Source: Candidatus Latescibacterota bacterium | Lineage (GTDB): Bacteria > Latescibacterota > UBA2968 > GCA-2709665 | Assembly (NCBI GenBank): GCA_965205485.1 | Contig: OZ242180.1 | Span: 448,001 to 512,000, forward strand | DNA length: 64,000 nucleotides | Reading direction: 5' to 3' | Shown here: positions 57,835-64,000 of the stretch, piece after piece | How the letters are laid out: every line of letters starts with the position of its first letter | Numbering within the stretch: position 1 is the first letter of the stretch | The notes under the pieces: generated by a model | The model's input: the letters and a program-made list of their open reading frames with translations, nothing else | The model's database searches: none | Told to the model about the DNA's origin: nothing | Made by a program: the position numbers and the translations under genes

Positions 57835-59685
57835 CTACTTGAGGTAGAGAAGCCGTTGCGTCGATACACCGCCGGGATAGTTCAACCGAGCGATATACAC
57901 CCCCGTCGACAGCAATGCGCCGTCGTCGTCGCGGGCGCCCCACCTGACCTGATAGGTGCCCGCCACACGGGTCTCGTCCGCCAACGTCCGTACGGGCTGT
58001 CCCAGCACATTGTAGATCACCAGCTTCACCGGACCCGGGCTGGACAGGTGGTAAGTGATCAGGGTCGCGCTGTTGAACGGGTTGGGCGAATTGGGCGACA
58101 ATCCGCTGGCTTCCGGCGCCGCCTCTGCCGCAAGTGCCGGCTTGGACGCGGCCGCTGGCGTGTCTGTAGCAAGCTGTTGGACACGAACGACCCTCGCACC
58201 GCCGCCCAGCGTCAATTCCAACACCTGCCGTTGATTGACATTCAGGGGGATGCTGCTCCACCTGCCCACGACCTCGCCGTCAGCGTTGGTGGCGCGGGCG
58301 CGATAATAACCACTCACGCCATACGCGCTGGAGATTGTCAGGGAGAACAGGCCGGCAGCATCGGTGACGGTACTCCAGGCGTAGTCGGGCCGTCGTCCGG
58401 CGACGGCGTGGGAAAACTCGACTGTCAATCCCTCCACCGCGTCGCCCAGGACGGTGGCCTCCACGACCGTGCCGGGACCGGTCGCGGCATCCGCCGCGCG
58501 ACCGTAGAATCCCGACCCGATGACGTAGTGAGTTGGGACGACACTTCCGTCCGGCCTCTGGATTTCACCGGTGAACTCGCGTGCGTATCCCACCTTGGGG
58601 ACGTCGGCTCTGTCGGTGTCGTCGTTGGGATCGTCGAAGTAATACTCCACGAAGCCGCCTTCCGGACTGCTGGCCGCCGCTTCGATGACCTGCGGCAGAA
58701 CGAGATGTCCACTCACGACGTCCCGGACGGTCGCTACCAGAGGTTGGAGCTCGAATCTGTTCGGAAACGCGCCGTGAAGGATAATTGTGTTGCTGGTACG
58801 ATCCAGGATGTAGAGGTACACCGAACCGTGTCTCCAGGGCCCGTCCGGATCCCGAAACGCTGTCCTGACCTTCGAGATAGCGGTTATACCTCCGGTTTCG
58901 TAGGCTGCGCGAAAGTGGATCATCGCTTCCGTAACGAAGGCCTTCAAAGTCTCGCGGTCCACGACGTCCTCGGCGGTAACGGACGGGTCGCCGTAATCGA
59001 TGGCTTCTTCGGTCACGTGAGTCTCATTTATATCGAACCCGGCGAGTATCACGATCGGGCTCTTGAAGCCGAGTGAGAAGTAGACGCCGGCATAGCCGGA
59101 GGCGCCAGGTATGCCGGGTCGCAGGCCTGGAACAGGGGTGGTCGCATCGAATGCGCCGTCCGGTTCCTGCATCAACACGCCCATCACGGCGCCGATTGCC
59201 TGCGCGGCGGTAGCAGGATCGGGTGAGGCCATGTTGGCCAGATCGCGCACGGATACGCCCAGCCCCGAAAGGATCGCTCCGTAGATCACGGGGTTGAGCA
59301 GCCTGCCCGACAATGACATGTCCTTCGCGTGAATGAACACCCTTCCGTCGGGCGTCAGGCTCACGATGTACATGGAACCGGAACGCCAGATTCCATCGTC
59401 CTGCCTTGTGAGACACCCGATGTACGCCGCTCGTTCAAGGCTCGTTCGTCCCCGGGTCTCGGTCCTGAAGAAATCTCTCGCGGCCAGCGCGAATTCCTCC
59501 AGGCTCGCGCTGCCGTCTTCCACCTGTTGCGCCGTAACACCGGGGTTATCAGGAGGCGTCACGCCGGGAGGAAGTGGACACGCTGCCAGGGCGGGAGGCG
59601 CATTGGCAATGACGCCAGCCAGCACGAGAAGGACGACAACGGTAATCATGGATGCCAGGGTGAACGATGTCCGGGTTGTTGTCAT
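57835..59685 (-). CDS. Secreted tandem-Cache/Ig/CTD protein, paralog 5
   Basis: Same architecture; start MTTTRT at 59685, RBS AAGGAG. Confidence 0.85.
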   Translation of the reverse strand: MTTTRTSFTLASMITVVVLLVLAGVIANAPPALAACPLPPGVTPPDNPGVTAQQVEDGSASLEEFALAARDFFRTETRGRTSLERAAYIGCLTRQDDGIWRSGSMYIVSLTPDGRVFIHAKDMSLSGRLLNPVIYGAILSGLGVSVRDLANMASPDPATAAQAIGAVMGVLMQEPDGAFDATTPVPGLRPGIPGASGYAGVYFSLGFKSPIVILAGFDINETHVTEEAIDYGDPSVTAEDVVDRETLKAFVTEAMIHFRAAYETGGITAISKVRTAFRDPDGPWRHGSVYLYILDRTSNTIILHGAFPNRFELQPLVATVRDVVSGHLVLPQVIEAAASSPEGGFVEYYFDDPNDDTDRADVPKVGYAREFTGEIQRPDGSVVPTHYVIGSGFYGRAADAATGPGTVVEATVLGDAVEGLTVEFSHAVAGRRPDYAWSTVTDAAGLFSLTISSAYGVSGYYRARATNADGEVVGRWSSIPLNVNQRQVLELTLGGGARVVRVQQLATDTPAAASKPALAAEAAPEASGLSPNSPNPFNSATLITYHLSSPGPVKLVIYNVLGQPVRTLADETRVAGTYQVRWGARDDDGALLSTGVYIARLNYPGGVSTQRLLYLK

Positions 59686-60194
59686 AACGGTTCTCCTTTC
59701 AGGAATGACAAGCTTATTGCGATCTCCGATCATTCGGCAAAGATTGACGGCCAAAACTCGTCGGCATCTTTAAAAAGACAGCCCCCGAGTCCCGTTACGA
59801 CGGCGAATCGCACAATCGCGGATTGTCCCTCAGCCCGCACACACTGGATACCCACCAAACCGCGAGGGGTAACGGGAGACAGCGGTCGCCTTTATACACG
59901 GCCTATTGACAAGATAACGAAAAAGCGTTGAACTAGCATTGAATTCGGACGACCAATCGTTGATTTTATGATGAATTTTGCCCTTTCGTCCAAATTCGAA
60001 CGGTGTTGGGCACCAGCGGTGACCAAACTTACCCGCGTCAGGTCCTCTTTCAGCAAGTTGGCGAGAATCAAATTTCAGGGGTGGGAGCGAAGGAGGCTGA
60101 ATCACGACAGAGATGTCGCAGATTGAGTTTCTGATTGAGCCGGAGCGGAGGTGTGTGGGTGATGAATGCTCCAGATACGTAACTCGGCACATCG

Positions 60195-63100
60195 TCAACT
60201 GGACGACGAATTGTCTCCGAACGCGCCCGCGAAGATCAGAAAGTCGCTGAATCCGATCGCGCCGTTCCCGTCAAGGTCGAACAATGCATCATAGCCCTCT
60301 TCGCCCTTGCTGAGCCCGAATTTCGCCGCGAACTGCACGAAATCGCCGAAACCGACGGTCCCGTCGCGATCAAAGTCGGGATGAGCCTTTCCTGTTGCCG
60401 TAAAGACCACCGGATCGAGATCTGATACTGTCGCAGAAACCGTGTTGGCACCTGGTTGACGACCCAGAGTAAGGATTGTGGCTGCGCGGCCGTCGGCATC
60501 CGTAATGGCGGTGGTTACGGAAAGTTCCCCACCACCGGCGATAACGGCGAAGGTGACAGTCGTCCCCGAAACAGGATCTCCATTCCGGTCCAGCACCACA
60601 ACGACAAACGGTTCGACAAGGGTATTCCCCGCACCCCCATGCTGCTCGATGCCGGAAAGCTTGCCCAGAGTTTTTGGACGCGGCCCTAAGTCCCACATCA
60701 GAATCGTGCCGTCAGTCATCCCGGAAAGCAGCATTCCGTCGGGAGCGAACACCACGGAGGTCGCCCCAACGGCAGGATCCTGGTCCAGGGTTGAGGTCAC
60801 CTGTCTTGTGGCCACATCCCATAGCTTGATGTGCCCGTACAGCCCGCCGGCGAGAGTCGTACCGTCGCGCGAGAACGACAACGATTTCGGGTATTGCCAC
60901 GATTTGTCGCTTCCCGAGGCTTCCAGGGTAGCGATCAGCTCTCGCGCCGACACGTCCCACAGCTTGACTGCATTATCCCTCGCCGCTGTCGCCAGCAGGG
61001 CGCCGTCGGGAGAAAACGAGACGTCATCGATCATTGTCGAATGCCCTTCCAACGTGGCGACAAGTGTTTGCGCCGCCACGTCCCACAGTCTGACAGAATT
61101 GTCACTCTCCGGAGTGCCAAACGCCGCCGTAGCCAAAAGGGCGCCGTCGGGAGAAAACGACATGGCGCTGATCCGATCGGGATGTCCTTCCAGGTTGCCG
61201 GTAAATACTCGCGTTTGCACGTTCCACAGGCTGACAGTCCCAACGCGCGACCCGGAAGCCAGTAGAGCGCCCACAGGCGAAAAAGCCACGACACTCGTCG
61301 GGACTCCACGCCGTTCTTCCAAAGTGCCTATCGGGCGTCGGGTCGCCACGTCCCACAATTTGATCGCAGGATCATTGAAAGACCCGCCAGCGAGGGAGGC
61401 GCCGTCCGGGGAAAAGGCCACGGAGACGACATCTGTAAGTCCTGTCAACGTGCCAACCAATTCCTGGGTCCTCAGGTTCCAAAGCCTGACCTCGTAGCTT
61501 CCAGATCCAGCGCTTGTAGACGCCAGGAGCGCACCGTCTGGCGAAATCACCACCCTGTTGCCCCAAAGCGGCCCGTCGTGACCCGGCAGCTCGGTTACAT
61601 TGCCCGTCTCCGTGTTCCGCAGCCACACGCCGTCCTGAGCCCCGAAGACGAGGGTTACGCCATCCCGCGAAAACGACACCGTCCCGATCTGAACCGGATG
61701 GTCCAGCGTGTTGATCGAAGTCCTGGTCGCCAGGTCCCATAGCCTGACTGTGCCATCCCGGGAACCGGAAACCAGGGTGGCTCCGTCGGGCGAGAACGAA
61801 AGGGAACGGACTTCCCGCTCATGGCCTCTCAGTGTGGCGACCTCCTCCAGTGTGGCCGTGTCCCACAATCGGATGGTGGCATCAGAGACGAGGCCGCTGC
61901 CCGAAGCAAGGAGGGCTCCATCGGGCGAAAACAACACCGAACTGACCTGGTCCGCATGACCTCTGAGGATGACCACCTCCTTTTGGGTGACCACGTCCCA
62001 TAGCCTGACCGAGCCGTCGTCAAACCCCGAGACCAGCTGCGTCCCATCCGGCGAAAAGGCCACCGGGGAAATGGCCACCGAACCAGAACCATAGAGACCC
62101 CCCACCCCGTCAACGTTCCAGGTACCGACCCGACGCCTGGCTTCCCAATCCCAGAGCTCGATGACCTCATCCTGTGACGCGGAAGCCAGGTACATGCCAT
62201 CGTTAGAGAAGACCACCGACGTGACCCGGCCCCGACCGGAATGGCTAAGCGTGCCGATCCCTTCCCCTGACTGCAAGTCCCAAAGACCGACCTGGCTGTT
62301 ACTCAACCCCGCGGCCAGGGCGCCGTCGAGGGAGAATGCTACCGAGTGGACTTCGCTGTCACTCGGCAGCAGCACCTGAGGGCGGAACGTGGCTGCCTCA
62401 TAGAGCCATACGCCGATGGCGCTGGCCACGGCCAGAAAACGGCCATGCGCCGAATGGGCAACCGCCCGGTCTCCTGACGCCACTCTACCCTTGCCAAGAC
62501 GTGCCACTGACCCCTTGGGGAGATGCCAGGTCCGGTAGTCATCCTCCATCTCGGTCACGGTAGTACCCACGCCCTCCGCGGTGAACCTCGCCAACTCGAC
62601 ACCCCTGATGGAGACCCCCACGGAGTTCACGCCCGGATAGGGGGCCAGGGTGAGGATCAGTGCGGCCCGGCCGTTGGCATCGGTGGTCGTGTGCTGAACC
62701 GCGAATCGGTCACTGAGCTTGCCGTCGCCGGCCGTGACTGTAAAGGTGACGGGCGCGCCGGGCATGAGGTCGCCGTACTGATCCCGCACTTCCACGACCA
62801 GGGGGTCGGCCAGCGGCGCCCCGGGCGCTCCCGTCTGGCCGTCGCCGGAGATGATCGCCAGGCTGAGTGGACGGCGGCGCGTCCACTCCGACGTGTCCCA
62901 CAGCAGGACCGCGCCGTCCCGCCCCCCGGCTGCGAGCAGGGCGCCACCGGAGGAGAACGAAACCGAATTGACCCCGTCCGTATGCCCGAATGCGGAGATC
63001 TTCTCTGTTGTCAACAGATCCCACAGAATGACCGTTCCATCCCGGGATCCTGAAGCCAACGTGCCTCCACCCGGCGACGGAAACGATACCGAACTGACCG

Positions 63101-64000
63101 CGGAGACATGCTCTTCCAAAGTGGCGATCAGTTCCCGGGTCTCCGCATCCCAAAGGATGACGGTGCGATCCCCCGACCCGGAGGCCAGGGTAGCGCCGTC
63201 GGGAGAAAACGACACCGCAGTGACCTCATCCGCATGGCCTTCGAGGAAGGTAATCTGTCTTCGTGCCGCGACGTCCCACAGGATGACCGTGCGGTCCCAC
63301 GACCCGGAGGCCAGGGTGGCGCCGTCGGGAGAAAACGACACCGAGGTGACCCCGCCGCTATGCCCTTCCAGGGTGGCGATCCGTTCTCGATGCGCCACGT
63401 CCCACAGGATGACCGTGCCATCCCTCGACCCGGAGGCCAGGGTGGCGCCGTTGGAGGAAAAGGAGACTGAATTGACTGCACCCGCATGGCCTTCGAGGGA
63501 GGCGGTCCGTTCCCGGGTCTCCATGTTCCGCAGGATCACTGCGCCATCCCGTGACCCCGAAGCCAGGGTGGCGCCGTCGGGTGAGAAGGCGACCGCAGTG
63601 ACCCCATCGTCGAGCGTGGCGGCCCGTCTCCCTGTCTCTACATCCCACAGAATCGTCCTCCCATCCAACGCCCCGGAAACCAGGGTGGCCCCGTCGGGGG
63701 AAAACGAGACTGAATTGACCTGGTCCGTATGGCCGACGAAACTGTCAACCTGGTACGGGGAAACCTCCGCAAGAACGAATCGTGTCCAGGCAACGTCCCC
63801 CTCAGTGTCGACGACCAGAACGCGGATCGGATGGGCCACCGGATCGGACAGGCTGGAGGCAGGAAGAGAGGATGGAATAGTGCCGTCGTACTCGAAGTCG
63901 ACGACTGCGCCGCTCCCGCCCGACAACCCCCGGCACGCCACGATTTCGAGGCCTCCCGCACCTCCGATGCCCCCCCTGCCGGCGGCGAACAGGACGACCT
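60195..64000 (-). CDS. Large WD40-repeat protein with two Big_1 Ig-like domains and a C-terminal EF-hand/dockerin-like pair; 5' end beyond window
   Basis: Frame stays open to the edge (VVLFAAGRGG..LEIVACRGL); about 20 GH...VSFSPDG..LASGS.D..V.LWD repeats; Big_1 motifs (ISGDGQ..PLVVEVRDQ..TDANGRA); DFDRDGTVGFGDF / DLDGNGAIGFSDF. Confidence 0.92.
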   Translation of the reverse strand, partial: VVLFAAGRGGIGGAGGLEIVACRGLSGGSGAVVDFEYDGTIPSSLPASSLSDPVAHPIRVLVVDTEGDVAWTRFVLAEVSPYQVDSFVGHTDQVNSVSFSPDGATLVSGALDGRTILWDVETGRRAATLDDGVTAVAFSPDGATLASGSRDGAVILRNMETRERTASLEGHAGAVNSVSFSSNGATLASGSRDGTVILWDVAHRERIATLEGHSGGVTSVSFSPDGATLASGSWDRTVILWDVAARRQITFLEGHADEVTAVSFSPDGATLASGSGDRTVILWDAETRELIATLEEHVSAVSSVSFPSPGGGTLASGSRDGTVILWDLLTTEKISAFGHTDGVNSVSFSSGGALLAAGGRDGAVLLWDTSEWTRRRPLSLAIISGDGQTGAPGAPLADPLVVEVRDQYGDLMPGAPVTFTVTAGDGKLSDRFAVQHTTTDANGRAALILTLAPYPGVNSVGVSIRGVELARFTAEGVGTTVTEMEDDYRTWHLPKGSVARLGKGRVASGDRAVAHSAHGRFLAVASAIGVWLYEAATFRPQVLLPSDSEVHSVAFSLDGALAAGLSNSQVGLWDLQSGEGIGTLSHSGRGRVTSVVFSNDGMYLASASQDEVIELWDWEARRRVGTWNVDGVGGLYGSGSVAISPVAFSPDGTQLVSGFDDGSVRLWDVVTQKEVVILRGHADQVSSVLFSPDGALLASGSGLVSDATIRLWDTATLEEVATLRGHEREVRSLSFSPDGATLVSGSRDGTVRLWDLATRTSINTLDHPVQIGTVSFSRDGVTLVFGAQDGVWLRNTETGNVTELPGHDGPLWGNRVVISPDGALLASTSAGSGSYEVRLWNLRTQELVGTLTGLTDVVSVAFSPDGASLAGGSFNDPAIKLWDVATRRPIGTLEERRGVPTSVVAFSPVGALLASGSRVGTVSLWNVQTRVFTGNLEGHPDRISAMSFSPDGALLATAAFGTPESDNSVRLWDVAAQTLVATLEGHSTMIDDVSFSPDGALLATAARDNAVKLWDVSARELIATLEASGSDKSWQYPKSLSFSRDGTTLAGGLYGHIKLWDVATRQVTSTLDQDPAVGATSVVFAPDGMLLSGMTDGTILMWDLGPRPKTLGKLSGIEQHGGAGNTLVEPFVVVVLDRNGDPVSGTTVTFAVIAGGGELSVTTAITDADGRAATILTLGRQPGANTVSATVSDLDPVVFTATGKAHPDFDRDGTVGFGDFVQFAAKFGLSKGEEGYDALFDLDGNGAIGFSDFLIFAGAFGDNSSSS
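63050..63735 (-). repeat. 126-bp-period tandem DNA repeat encoding near-identical WD40 blades
   Basis: GAGGCCAGGGT(A/G)GCGCCGT recurs at 63181, 63307 and 63433. Confidence 0.85.

Noticed and set aside
59941..59997. Imperfect inverted repeat GAATTCGGACGA/TCGTCCAAATTC upstream of paralog 5
   Set aside because: Single instance with a 33-bp loop and no supporting context.

Overview
GC-rich bacterial DNA. FlgD/T9SS-type C-terminal tags, an EF-hand-like 'DFDRDGTVGFGDF' tail, WD40 repeats and a DUF6785-type membrane protein suggest an FCB-group organism such as Latescibacterota, possibly host- or sponge-associated (inference). From left to right: (1) a >1250-aa secreted Ig/FN3-rich surface protein running off the left edge, absent from the ORF track; (2) a FadR-regulated nine-gene corrinoid methyl-transfer operon (MtaA-like methyltransferase, corrinoid protein, ASKHA activator, MetF-MetV fusion, pterin methyltransferase, homocysteine methyltransferase, three small accessory proteins); (3) a catabolic cluster (HAD, two Gfo/Idh/MocA, ceramidase-like, APC-USP, TIM barrel, His-phosphatase); (4) uppP and an RND efflux system whose TolC is fused to a binding-protein domain; (5) a pseudo-receiver sigma54 activator facing its sigma54 promoter, a cation-chloride cotransporter and a nucleotidase/beta-barrel fusion; (6) a DUF433/DUF5615 toxin-antitoxin pair; (7) a tandem array of five mosaic secreted double-Cache proteins with conserved promoters and covarying 3' hairpins; (8) a large WD40/Ig protein running off the right edge. 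Three MITE families are visible, one copy nested in another and one inserted into the end of the MtaA-like gene. The best candidates for undescribed systems are the secreted Cache array and the MtaA-led methyl-transfer operon.
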